The translations under genes and the position numbers were made by a program. The notes beneath the pieces were generated by a model. The model was not told the origin of the DNA. It saw only the letters and a program-made list of their open reading frames with translations, and did not search any database. This document shows positions 55,767 to 63,973 of a stretch of 64,000 nucleotides of DNA, in pieces. The stretch spans positions 22,710 to 86,709 of IMG/VR virus record IMGVR_UViG_2862421350_000002; one strand, 5' to 3'. The DNA is from a virus (taxonomy: Duplodnaviria > Caudoviricetes). Each line of letters starts with the position of its first letter. Within the stretch, counting starts at the first letter, position 1.

Positions 55767-56816
55767 TCAGGCGTGCCAGGTGCCGCGGATAGCCGCGGTG
55801 TTGAAACCGGGCCCGTAGGCGACCATGACGCCGCGGGCGCCGGCCGCCGGGGGTTCGGTGTGGGTGCGCTCCAGGATCCGCAGGACGGACGGCCCGCCAA
55901 GGTTGCCTTCCTGGGCGAGGGTGTCGGTGCTGTGCCGGGTGTCGTGGGCGTCGAGGCCCAACGCGCGGGCGGTGTCGTCGATGATGCGCTGGCTGCCGGG
56001 GTGGATGACCCCGAAGTCGACGAGGTCGGGGCCCAGCCACTTCAACAGGTCGGGGAGGACATCATCGGCGGCGGTGAGCGCGGCCTTCGTGCTGTCGAAG
56101 TGGAACCCGGCCGCGTCGACCCTGCCGTTGTAGCGGGTGAGGCTGTCGGGGAGGACGTGCTCGTACGTGTCGTCGGGGGTGGCGACGTGGAGGCCGGGGC
56201 CGCAGGGTTCGCCGGTGACGATGGTCGCGGCGGCGGAGTCACCGAAGAGCGCTTTGTAGATCATGTGCTCGACGGCGTTGTCCTGGTGGTTGTAGACGGC
56301 GGAGATGGTCTCGGCGGCGACGACGAGGATGCGGGTGCCGGGGCGTGCGGCAATCATGTCGACGGCGCGGATCAACGCCTGGGTGCCGCCGGCGCAGGCC
56401 AGGGTGGTGAGGGCGATACGGCGGACGTCAGCACGGAGCCCGAGTCGCTCCACCAGGTGGATGTCCATGTTGGGGACGGCCCAGCCGGTGGAGTGGGTGG
56501 TGATGACCGCGTCCACATCGACCGGGGCGAGGTGGTGTGCGGTGAGGGTTCGGCGGGCTGCCTCGGTGGCGAGGTCGAGGGCGTCACCGAACGCTGTGGC
56601 CGCCCGGTCGCCGACCCCGGCCTCGCCGGACACGGTGGGGGCGTCCAGGGGGCGGGTGAAGTACCGGGTGTTCACCCCGGTATTCGCGACGATGCGGAGG
56701 ATTGCCGCGAGCTTGGGGTGGTCGGGGTGGTGGTGGCGGATGTCGTCGGCGATTTGGGTGGTGGTGATCTGGTGCTGGGGGAACACGGTGGTGGGGCGGG
56801 CTATGTAGGCGGGCAC
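55767..56816 (-). CDS. Type III polyketide synthase (germicidin synthase/RppA/PhlD-like)
   Basis: Cys-His-Asn triad (LACAGG, IHPGS, EGNLGG), ALFGDSAAA, YGPGF; GTG 56816 with SD GGAGG; 349 aa. Confidence 0.93.
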   Translation of the reverse strand: MPAYIARPTTVFPQHQITTTQIADDIRHHHPDHPKLAAILRIVANTGVNTRYFTRPLDAPTVSGEAGVGDRAATAFGDALDLATEAARRTLTAHHLAPVDVDAVITTHSTGWAVPNMDIHLVERLGLRADVRRIALTTLACAGGTQALIRAVDMIAARPGTRILVVAAETISAVYNHQDNAVEHMIYKALFGDSAAATIVTGEPCGPGLHVATPDDTYEHVLPDSLTRYNGRVDAAGFHFDSTKAALTAADDVLPDLLKWLGPDLVDFGVIHPGSQRIIDDTARALGLDAHDTRHSTDTLAQEGNLGGPSVLRILERTHTEPPAAGARGVMVAYGPGFNTAAIRGTWHA

Positions 56817-56854
56817 GACATCCTCCGGCAGGCCTGGGCGGCGGTGGTCAGCAC

Positions 56855-56896
56855 AACCTATGGCACGTGTCACGCAGCATTCCCCCTGATCAGGGG
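56855..56896 (-). promoter_or_regulatory. Putative PKS promoter with upstream palindrome
   Basis: TAGGTT -10 (56855-56860); perfect CCCCTGATCAGGGG at 56883-56896. Confidence 0.45.
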
Positions 56897-57001
56897 CTTG
56901 AAGAACGGGGCGTACGGTCTGTTTCCGGTTGTCGGGGCGGGTGTGACCGGTGGTACGGGAGGGGTGGCGCCTTCGGTTCCCAGGCTGGTTCGGGGCATGG
57001 G

Positions 57002-57043
57002 GAAGCCCCCTGCGCGATGGGGGTGGAGCGTGCAGGGGGCTTC
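57002..57043 (-). terminator. Hairpin between the regulator and the PKS
   Basis: GAAGCCCCCTGC / GCAGGGGGCTTC. Confidence 0.7.
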
Positions 57044-57118
57044 GTCTGAGGGGTCGTCGGCCGGGGCCGCGGCGACCGTGCACTGAGGCTGCGGGCCGAC
57101 CGCCGGCCGGGCGGTGGG

Positions 57119-57949
57119 TCAGGGGGCCCGGAGGGCGGGGGTACGGGCGTGAGCCCGCTGCTCCCCAGCATGGAACACGAGGACGATCAGGCGGGCCCCG
57201 GGGGCCGTCATCGGCTGGGCGGCGCACATCGTGACCCAGCCCGGCCCGTCTTCGGCGTGCAGCAGGGGCCGTTCGTCGCCGTCGGGGTGGATGTGGGCGA
57301 CGGCCCCGGTCCAGATGGGGGCGCAGTCCGGGTCGGCGAGGACATCCCGTTCGAGGCGGCGGAGGATCGGGTCGTCGGGGCGTGAGGCCAGGGCGGCCCG
57401 GAGTTGGGGGAGGACGAGGGGCGCCCAGGCGGTGTGCCAGTCGGTGAGCATGTGGCGGCCGCCGGGCTCGAGGGCCATCCACCGCATGGTGTTGCGGGGT
57501 ACAGCGCCGTCGGGGAACAGGCGAGCGAACTCCTTGTTGTGGGCTATGAGCTCCCAGGAGGCGTCGGTGACATAGGCGGGGTGGAGCATGCCGTCGACTG
57601 CTTCCTGCCATACGCCGGGGACCTGCTTCCCGGAGGCGGGGGTAAGGGGCCCGGGCGGGTCTCCGATACCGGCGTACCGGCACAGGGACGTCCATTCCTG
57701 TTCGTTCAGGGCGAAGAGGGTCGCAACGTCGCGGAGGTAGTCGACGCGCGGGTTCGGGTACCGGCCGGACTCGAGGCGCCGGTACGTGCCTGCTGTGCGG
57801 TCCGTCAGTTCGTCGACTTGCTGCTGGGTCAGCCCGGGGGCGCGTCGGCCTTGCTTGCTGGGGCGGGAAAAGCCGTGGCCTGCGGGGTCGATCAGCGCCC
57901 GACGCTCCGTCAGGAGTTTACGAAGGGCTGCCTTACTCGCCTTGCTCAT
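57119..57949 (-). CDS. MmyB-family regulator (XRE HTH plus PAS-like ligand-binding domain)
   Basis: L..LL.ERRA.I.P...G......RR.PGLTQQQV; Y.RLE.GR; PAYVTD..W.LIA.N...N.MRW. Confidence 0.9.
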   Translation of the reverse strand: MSKASKAALRKLLTERRALIDPAGHGFSRPSKQGRRAPGLTQQQVDELTDRTAGTYRRLESGRYPNPRVDYLRDVATLFALNEQEWTSLCRYAGIGDPPGPLTPASGKQVPGVWQEAVDGMLHPAYVTDASWELIAHNKEFARLFPDGAVPRNTMRWMALEPGGRHMLTDWHTAWAPLVLPQLRAALASRPDDPILRRLERDVLADPDCAPIWTGAVAHIHPDGDERPLLHAEDGPGWVTMCAAQPMTAPGARLIVLVFHAGEQRAHARTPALRAP

Positions 57950-58011
57950 GTTCCTACTTTCCCCCGGTGTATGAGGCATCTGGTGCTGTTGAAATCCTAG
58001 ATGGCGTCATG

Positions 58012-58029
58012 GTTTTTAGCGCTAAAAAC
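58012..58029. promoter_or_regulatory. 18-bp perfect palindrome upstream of the MmyB-type gene
   Basis: GTTTTTAGCGCTAAAAAC. Confidence 0.6.
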
Positions 58030-58326
58030 TAACCCTAGAAAACCGGCTGTTTACCCGTGATGCTGAGCTGGTGTCCCGCTGGCCTGCGGAGTCTCGCAGC
58101 GTCCTGGGCGGGCGGGGCATGTGTGGGAATCCCGACCAAACCGTGAACGGTGTTCGGTTTGGTCCGTGCAGCAGGGAATTACCCACTACCTGTCCGGAAT
58201 GTGGCGGGGAGTTCTCGGAACGCTTGTGCGTATCGCAGCGCGGCAGGCGGTTCGGGGCTTCCCGCCATTTCTCTGATCCCAGTTCAGGGGGTCGGGGCGG
58301 GGCAGGGGTGAGGCGCGGCCGGTCAC

Positions 58327-58896
58327 TTAGGTGCCGGCCGCGCCTTCGTTGTGTCCGGGTGCCGGGGCGGTGGTTGCGCGCCTGGTGGCGGTGGCGGCCC
58401 GGCATCGGGGGTACGGGCAGCCGGCCACCGGCGGGGCGTGGTGCTTCTCGCACATGGCTCGGGAGTCGAGGCACTGCCCGGCGGTCAGGCGGGCCACCTC
58501 GGCCTCCAGCTCGCGGACACGGGCGTCGAGGTCGTCGATGCGGGCGTTGGCCTTCCACCACCGGGCGCGCGACTCCTTCCACGCGTTCCTGACCCGGTCG
58601 CGTTCGTCGTACAGGGCGTCGAGTGCGTGGCTGGTGAGGTCGTCGAGCGGGATGCGGGGCTGGATGGGGTGAGCTTGGCCCATGTCGGGGATGGCTACGA
58701 CGGCGAGCGTCATGCCGCAGAGGGTGAGGATGCGGTCGGCCCAGTCCAGGGTGAGGGTGGCGCGGCCGGTGAGCATGTGGCTCATGTGCTTGGTGCTGAG
58801 GTCGAGGCGGCGGGCGGCTTCGGCTTGGCTCATGCGTGCGGTGGCGAGGGCGGCTTTCACCTGTGCGCGGAGGTCGCGGTCGGGCTGGGTGGTCAC
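58327..58896 (-). CDS. XRE/Cro-like HTH protein with coiled coil
   Basis: MSQAEAARRLDLSTKHMSHMLTGRATLTL. Confidence 0.8.
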   Translation of the reverse strand: MTTQPDRDLRAQVKAALATARMSQAEAARRLDLSTKHMSHMLTGRATLTLDWADRILTLCGMTLAVVAIPDMGQAHPIQPRIPLDDLTSHALDALYDERDRVRNAWKESRARWWKANARIDDLDARVRELEAEVARLTAGQCLDSRAMCEKHHAPPVAGCPYPRCRAATATRRATTAPAPGHNEGAAGT

Positions 58897-59459
58897 CGGA
58901 CCCCCTCTGTGGTGGCGTGCTCGTCGCACGTTGGGCGGTTACATGGGCGCCCCAGGGGCAGCCAGTAGGCGCGGTGCGCGACCAGCCCGGCGGCCAACCA
59001 GTCATCCCCCGCGAGGTACTGGGGGCGTCGCTCCGCCCAGAATGCGCGGGCCTGCGTCAGGGGCGCCTGCTCGTACATGGCGCTGAACCCGTGGCTCTTG
59101 ATCAATCGAATCCATGAGTTGCGGGCGTTGTCGTAGGAAGTGCGGGACGTGCTGTAGCCGGAGGCCGGGTCGATGTCGTTGACCGTGTTGCCTATGGCGA
59201 TGCAGAGGGCGATGCGTGCGTCGGCCATCGACGTTCGGTGGTCCGCAACCTGTTCGGGGGTCCAGCCCATGGCCTGTTGCTCGTGGTGAGACATGGCGAG
59301 TCGTTTGATACGGCTGGCCGCTTCGTACCGAGGCTTCCGGTCGTCCTGTTGCTGCTGCTCGGGCAAGGGTGCAGCCTCGCCGGGACGGGCTGGTGCCTGC
59401 GGGTAGTCGGACAGGTCGAACAGAACGTCCGTCTGCCGTCCGGCAAGGGTGCGTTGCAC
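58893..59459 (-). CDS. Hypothetical protein
   Basis: SD AAGGA; GTGA overlap with the next gene. Confidence 0.6.
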   Translation of the reverse strand: MQRTLAGRQTDVLFDLSDYPQAPARPGEAAPLPEQQQQDDRKPRYEAASRIKRLAMSHHEQQAMGWTPEQVADHRTSMADARIALCIAIGNTVNDIDPASGYSTSRTSYDNARNSWIRLIKSHGFSAMYEQAPLTQARAFWAERRPQYLAGDDWLAAGLVAHRAYWLPLGRPCNRPTCDEHATTEGVR

Positions 59460-59524
59460 GGTCGTGGTCCTTCCGGGTTTGGGGTGGCCGCCGGGTGGGG
59501 CGGCCACCCACAGGGGCAGGGGCG

Positions 59525-59899
59525 TCAGACGGCGGGGGTGCGGCGGTAGGCGTCCAGCGCGGAGTGCCCGTTGACGACGACGTGCGGAGCGGCCTTCCGC
59601 GCGAGACGGAGCGCGGTGGTGAGGTCGAACCGGTGGGCCCTCAGCCAGTCGTCGCCACGGTCGTGGGGCTTGATCCCCTCCGCCCATTCGCCGTCGCTGC
59701 CGAGGCACATGCCGTGCCGGGTGATCGCCCACTGGTCGACACCCCGGTACTCCACGGTGATGGCGAAGACGTGTCGGTTGATGTCGCCCTCGGGAAGGAT
59801 CGACACCTCGTACTCGGTGGGCTGGACGATGGCGTCGGGGATGCCGGGGGTGACGTGGCCGAGGGCTTCTCGGATCTGGCGCATGGTCATGGCGGTCAT
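59525..59899 (-). CDS. Hypothetical phage protein
   Basis: ITVEYRG..QWAI....CL..DG.W...HRFDL.TAL.LA; SD GAGGAG. Confidence 0.7.
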   Translation of the reverse strand: MTAMTMRQIREALGHVTPGIPDAIVQPTEYEVSILPEGDINRHVFAITVEYRGVDQWAITRHGMCLGSDGEWAEGIKPHDRGDDWLRAHRFDLTTALRLARKAAPHVVVNGHSALDAYRRTPAV

Positions 59900-59924
59900 G
59901 TGGTGTCTCCTCGGTGGGCCGGGA

Positions 59925-60323
59925 TCACCCGGCAGCAGGGGCGGGGCGGTGGTCTTCGAGGCGCGGGATACCAGCGGCCACGTGGTCCGCGCGGTCAGCG
60001 GCGGCGAGCAGCGCCATGGCCAGGTGCCGGGCGTCGGAGGCGTACAGCGGGACGAAGTCCAGCCCGGGGTACATCGATTCCGGGGAGGAGATGTAGACCA
60101 GCCCGTCGGCTGTGTTCTGCTCGTCGACGGTGCGGATCACCCAGACCTTCTCCTTGGTGCCGCCGCGCGGGGTCATCTCGCGCAGGTCCCATTCGTGGCC
60201 GGGCCACTGGTGGTCGGGGCCGTTGATGCGGGTGGGCTTGGGCCGTTCGGCGCTGCCCGCGAGGGAGGTGAGGCGTTGCAGCTCGGCCCGGATCGCTTCG
60301 AGGCTGAGGTCGGGCGTGGTCAT
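59925..60323 (-). CDS. Hypothetical protein
   Basis: DAR.LAMALLAAADRA motif. Confidence 0.65.
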   Translation of the reverse strand: MTTPDLSLEAIRAELQRLTSLAGSAERPKPTRINGPDHQWPGHEWDLREMTPRGGTKEKVWVIRTVDEQNTADGLVYISSPESMYPGLDFVPLYASDARHLAMALLAAADRADHVAAGIPRLEDHRPAPAAG

Positions 60324-61198
60324 CGTGTGGGCTCCTCGGGCGCGGCAGGGGCAGCGGGCGTGGTGGCCAGCGCGTCCATGACCCGCAGCGCGGTCCCGGC
60401 GAACAGGCCCTTGGCGGCGTCCCGGATCTGGTGGACGGCGGTGGTGTGGCTGTTCTGCCGGTACTCGGTGGGGGTCATGCCGAGTGCGGTGGCCCGGTCG
60501 GCGGTGGTGGGTTGCTGCTCCCCGGCGGCAGCCTCACCGGCCACGTCACGGAGCTCGGCCGCGGCGGCGCGCACAGCCTGATCCCAGGTCTCGTCGCGCT
60601 CGCTGGCCGCCGGAGTGACGGAGTGGATGAGCGCCTGCTCGATCAGGCCGGCACCCTCGCGCAGGGTCGTGGCCCGGCGCAGGTCCCGGTTCGCCAGGGC
60701 GGCTTGCCGCCACCGGGCGATCACCTGACGGGCGTCTTGGGGCTCGATGTAGTCGCCGCAGTCGCAGGCCTGGCAGGCGTCCTCGAAGTGCTGCTGCTCG
60801 GGGTGCCCGCAGATGCAGGTCGCGGCCCGGTCGGCAGGCGCGGGCGGGGCAGCGGGGACGTGCGGGTCGTCCGGCCAGCGGCCAGCGCGGTGGTCGGCGT
60901 CCTTCTCGCACCGGCCGCCGGGGGTCATCACCGGGCAGCGGCCGTCCCCGCCCTCGGTGGTGCCGAGGAGCTGCCGGGCCACCGCCAGGGCGGCCTCCCA
61001 CATGCCGTAGCCCGGCTCGTTGTCACGGTACGGGGCCAGCCACGCCAGGGCGTTGGCGGTCGCGTCCAGCCAGTCGGCGAGCAGCGGGTCACCAGCGGCC
61101 CGGCGGAGGTCGGCGGCCTGCTGGAGAGGCTCGGCGGTCGGCCACGTGGTGCGGCCGTCGGCGGGGCGGTCAGCGGGGGTGGGGGTGGTGTCGGTCAT
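60320..61198 (-). CDS. Hypothetical mosaic phage protein
   Basis: CICGH...H...C..CDC; LREGA..I. Confidence 0.65.
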   Translation of the reverse strand: MTDTTPTPADRPADGRTTWPTAEPLQQAADLRRAAGDPLLADWLDATANALAWLAPYRDNEPGYGMWEAALAVARQLLGTTEGGDGRCPVMTPGGRCEKDADHRAGRWPDDPHVPAAPPAPADRAATCICGHPEQQHFEDACQACDCGDYIEPQDARQVIARWRQAALANRDLRRATTLREGAGLIEQALIHSVTPAASERDETWDQAVRAAAAELRDVAGEAAAGEQQPTTADRATALGMTPTEYRQNSHTTAVHQIRDAAKGLFAGTALRVMDALATTPAAPAAPEEPTR

Positions 61199-61282
61199 CG
61201 GGGGCTCCAGGTGGTGGTGTGCGGGGCTGGCGGGGCGCCCGCCCGGCTACGACCCGGGCGGGCGCGGACGTGGTTACGGGGC

Positions 61283-61561
61283 CTACGCGGCTTCACGGGC
61301 GGCCAGGATCGGGTCGAGGGTTTGCCGCATCCACATGCGATACCTCTCGCCCGTCAGGTCGCCTTGGGTGACGCTTGCCGCCTCGTGCACGAGGCTCTCG
61401 ACGTCGATGTCGTCCTCGTCGAGGGTTTCGGCCGCGTCTTCCAGGGCCCGCTTGAAAGCCTCAGCGGGCGGCATGTCCTCGTAGCTGTCGGCGAAGAGAC
61501 CGAACGCGTCGATGAGGCGGGGCATGTAGGTGGCGATCAGGGTCTCGAAGGTGTCGGGCAT
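61283..61561 (-). CDS. Hypothetical acidic protein
   Basis: First gene after O3; its leader repeats at 61187-61221 / 61550-61584. Confidence 0.65.
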   Translation of the reverse strand: MPDTFETLIATYMPRLIDAFGLFADSYEDMPPAEAFKRALEDAAETLDEDDIDVESLVHEAASVTQGDLTGERYRMWMRQTLDPILAAREAA

Positions 61562-61678
61562 CAGGGGCTCCAGGTGGCGGTGTGGGCTCGCTGGGCGGTT
61601 GGGGCCCGGGGAAGGGGGCTATTCCAGGGTCAGCCCGTGGCGGCCGGATGCTCCCCCTGCTCGTGCGGGCGATGCCCC

Positions 61679-61711
61679 ATGATACCGCGAAACGTATTGC
61701 ATAGCCATGCG
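61679..61711 (-). promoter_or_regulatory. Leftward promoter with operator O3
   Basis: CGTATTGC-ATA-GCCATGCG; minus strand TGGCTA-17-TATCAT. Confidence 0.7.
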
Positions 61712-61805
61712 AATGAGGGGTTTGGGTTCCCCGCGCCTTACCACCCGCCCGGCAGCAGCCTCAACGGGTTCGGGGATCATCAGAGGCCTGTGCCAAGCTC
61801 CCGCC

Positions 61806-62462
61806 ATGACCACCGCAACCCCAGACGACGAGTACGAGATCAGCCCCGAACTCGCCCAGCACATCGCCGAGATCACACCCGAGCAAACCGAGAACCTCGC
61901 CGCGGCCCTCGACCGGCTCCTCCCTGCGCTGACTTTCATGAGCGACGAGGTATCGGCAGGGATCACCAACGTGATCCAGCCGACCGTCCTCAACTTCTCC
62001 CGGGTTCTGTCCGAGGTCAGCCTTCCCGTGCTGGACACCTCGTGGGCGGAGCGCCTGATCGAATCCGTGCAGGGCCTGCGCCTGAGCGACAGTGCTTACG
62101 CGGGGATGACGGACACGCTGGCCCGTGTCGCGGAGATGGCCGCATCCCTGGACCTGGACGCCGAGCTGCCGGATGCTGCCGGCGGGGACCTGGAGGAGCT
62201 GGGCGTCCAGGGCGTCACGTTCGCCACGACGCAGGGCGCCGGACTGTCCCGGGAGGCTCAGCGGAAGCTGGCGCTGTACTTCGTCGGGGCGTTGGTGTTC
62301 ATGCTTCTGATGCAGGGGATGGTGCAGAGCGAGGCGGTGAACGACCTCGTGCAGAAGGCCGGTGTGGCTGGTCCGGCTGCTGCTCTCGCGATGGCGGTGA
62401 CGGCCCGCCAGTTCGACAAACTGTTCCCGCCGCCCCCCGGCGACGACGAGACCGCGGAGTAA
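61806..62462 (+). CDS. Membrane protein on the opposite strand (moron-like)
   Basis: Acidic N-terminus, two C-terminal hydrophobic helices, hairpin 62485-62518 downstream. Confidence 0.65.
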   Translation: MTTATPDDEYEISPELAQHIAEITPEQTENLAAALDRLLPALTFMSDEVSAGITNVIQPTVLNFSRVLSEVSLPVLDTSWAERLIESVQGLRLSDSAYAGMTDTLARVAEMAASLDLDAELPDAAGGDLEELGVQGVTFATTQGAGLSREAQRKLALYFVGALVFMLLMQGMVQSEAVNDLVQKAGVAGPAAALAMAVTARQFDKLFPPPPGDDETAE

Positions 62463-62536
62463 CCGCACGCCCACCACACAGCACTGAGCCCCCGACCATG
62501 CTGCAGTCGGGGGCTTCGGTCTGCGTCGCGGCGCGG

Positions 62537-62959
62537 CTACGCGTTGGTGTCCGTGTCCTCGAGCTGGTCGTCGCCCAGCCAGTGGCCGGCCATGTTCGAC
62601 GACACCTGCACTGCGGACCGCAGGTGTGTCTGGGCGAGGAGCATGGACTGCCGGGCGTCAATCAGCGACCGCAGCAGCCGGGACACGGCCTCGCCGGGCT
62701 CATCGCCGTTGGCCATGCGAATGGCCTGCTGTTCCTCGACGTGCCGTACGGCGGACGCGGTCTGGTCGACGGCCTGGGGGAGGCGTTCGAAGAGGACGTA
62801 CAGGGCACCGACGGCTTCCCCGATGTTGGGGGGCGCGTGGTTGATGATCTGGTGCTCGCCGTAGAACGCCTCGGGGCCGTTGATGGTGAGGTGGTTGTAC
62901 TCGCGGATGTTGTCGGCGGCGTCACGGATGCTGCGGTGCGGGTCACGGGTCAGGTCCAT
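62537..62959 (-). CDS. Hypothetical helical protein
   Basis: AAD.IR.YNH.T...L..L.ERLPQA..Q; SD AGGAG. Confidence 0.7.
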   Translation of the reverse strand: MDLTRDPHRSIRDAADNIREYNHLTINGPEAFYGEHQIINHAPPNIGEAVGALYVLFERLPQAVDQTASAVRHVEEQQAIRMANGDEPGEAVSRLLRSLIDARQSMLLAQTHLRSAVQVSSNMAGHWLGDDQLEDTDTNA

Positions 62960-63150
62960 CGGAGGTCTCCTCGCTGCTCGGCTGCCTGAACCCAGTTTCG
63001 CCACGCGGCCTGAACTTTCTGGAGCAGCTTGGCCGCGTGATCGGTCGCGGCGGTCACCTCGCGCAGGGTGCGGTGGGCGCGGATGAGGAAGCTGATGGCG
63101 CGCTGAAGCCGGCTGGGCTGCTCGGGCTCGGTGGTGGGGCGTTGAGTCAC
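62950..63150 (-). CDS. Small hypothetical protein
   Basis: SD GAGGAG before GTG 63150. Confidence 0.5.
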   Translation of the reverse strand: MTQRPTTEPEQPSRLQRAISFLIRAHRTLREVTAATDHAAKLLQKVQAAWRNWVQAAEQRGDLRWT

Positions 63151-63339
63151 GGGCGGTCTCCTCGGTGCGGTGAGCGGTTGTGCTGGGCTTACTGTGGCAT
63201 CGGGGGCTGACAGGCCGGGCGGAAACACGTCGCCCCCCACCCGAACCGGGCAGGGGGCGATGGGGCGACCGACGCGTCAGTCGTCGAGGCCGACCAGGAA
63301 TCGCCGGTTGCATTCCTCGTTGCCCAGGACCGCCTGACG

Positions 63340-63741
63340 TCACGGGCTGAGCCACTCGCCCCACCGGCAGCCCAGGCACAGCCACGCCGGGCCCGACCGG
63401 CCGTGAGCGGCATGCTCGGCCTGGTACTCGATCTCGCTGCCGCACTCCGGGCAGGCGTCGGGCCGGTCAGCAGGCTCGGCCGGGTCCGGCTTCGGGTCGT
63501 CCATGGGCTCGGGGTCGTTCACCGGGTAGTCGTGGGCCACCCGGTAGCTGGCCGCCCGGTACTTGGCGAGCAGCGTGTCGACGGCGGGGCGTCCCTGCTC
63601 GCTGTCCTCGTCGTCGCCCCCGTCTACGCGGACGGTGTAGCCGTCGGTCCACAGCTCGATGTGGACGTCCTCGCGGTCCTGGTCGGGGTGGGTGAGGATC
63701 CACTGGTGCTGAACGTGGGCGTCGGAGTCGGTTGCAGGCAT
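63340..63741 (-). CDS. Hypothetical protein with C-terminal Zn ribbon
   Basis: CPECG...WLCLGC; SD GGAG. Confidence 0.65.
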   Translation of the reverse strand: MPATDSDAHVQHQWILTHPDQDREDVHIELWTDGYTVRVDGGDDEDSEQGRPAVDTLLAKYRAASYRVAHDYPVNDPEPMDDPKPDPAEPADRPDACPECGSEIEYQAEHAAHGRSGPAWLCLGCRWGEWLSP

Positions 63742-63793
63742 TCTCTTCTCCAGGTCGGGTGAGGCCATTCTGCAAGTGCCGGAGGAAGCAAAC

Positions 63794-63973
63794 TCACGTC
63801 CGCCGGCCGAGTCCGGCCGCCATGGGCCAGACGCCGCCCAGGACGGCGACGGCGCCACCGAGGTGCTGGAGCTGCTCGCCGGTGAGGGTGAGCAGTCCGC
63901 AGAGGGCGATGGCCAGGCCAGCGGCGGTGTGTGCGGGGGTCGGGTTCTGGCCGGTGGGGTGGTTATCGGTCAT
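63794..63973 (-). CDS. Small membrane protein
   Basis: MTDNHP...AAGLAIALCGLLTL...GAVAVLGGVW. Confidence 0.5.
   Translation of the reverse strand: MTDNHPTGQNPTPAHTAAGLAIALCGLLTLTGEQLQHLGGAVAVLGGVWPMAAGLGRRT

Noticed and set aside
56817-57695. 642-aa ORF suggesting an N-terminally extended PKS
   Set aside because: The extension overlaps the regulator in another frame and crosses a hairpin; a clear SD precedes GTG 56816
58012-58029. Palindrome as a third parS
   Set aside because: Same length and T/A flanks but a different core (TAGCGCTA versus ACGGCCGT)
58134-58164. AAACCG...CGGTTT as a butyrolactone-receptor ARE box
   Set aside because: Half-site spacing is 11 nt, longer than the usual ARE, and there is no TetR receptor in the window
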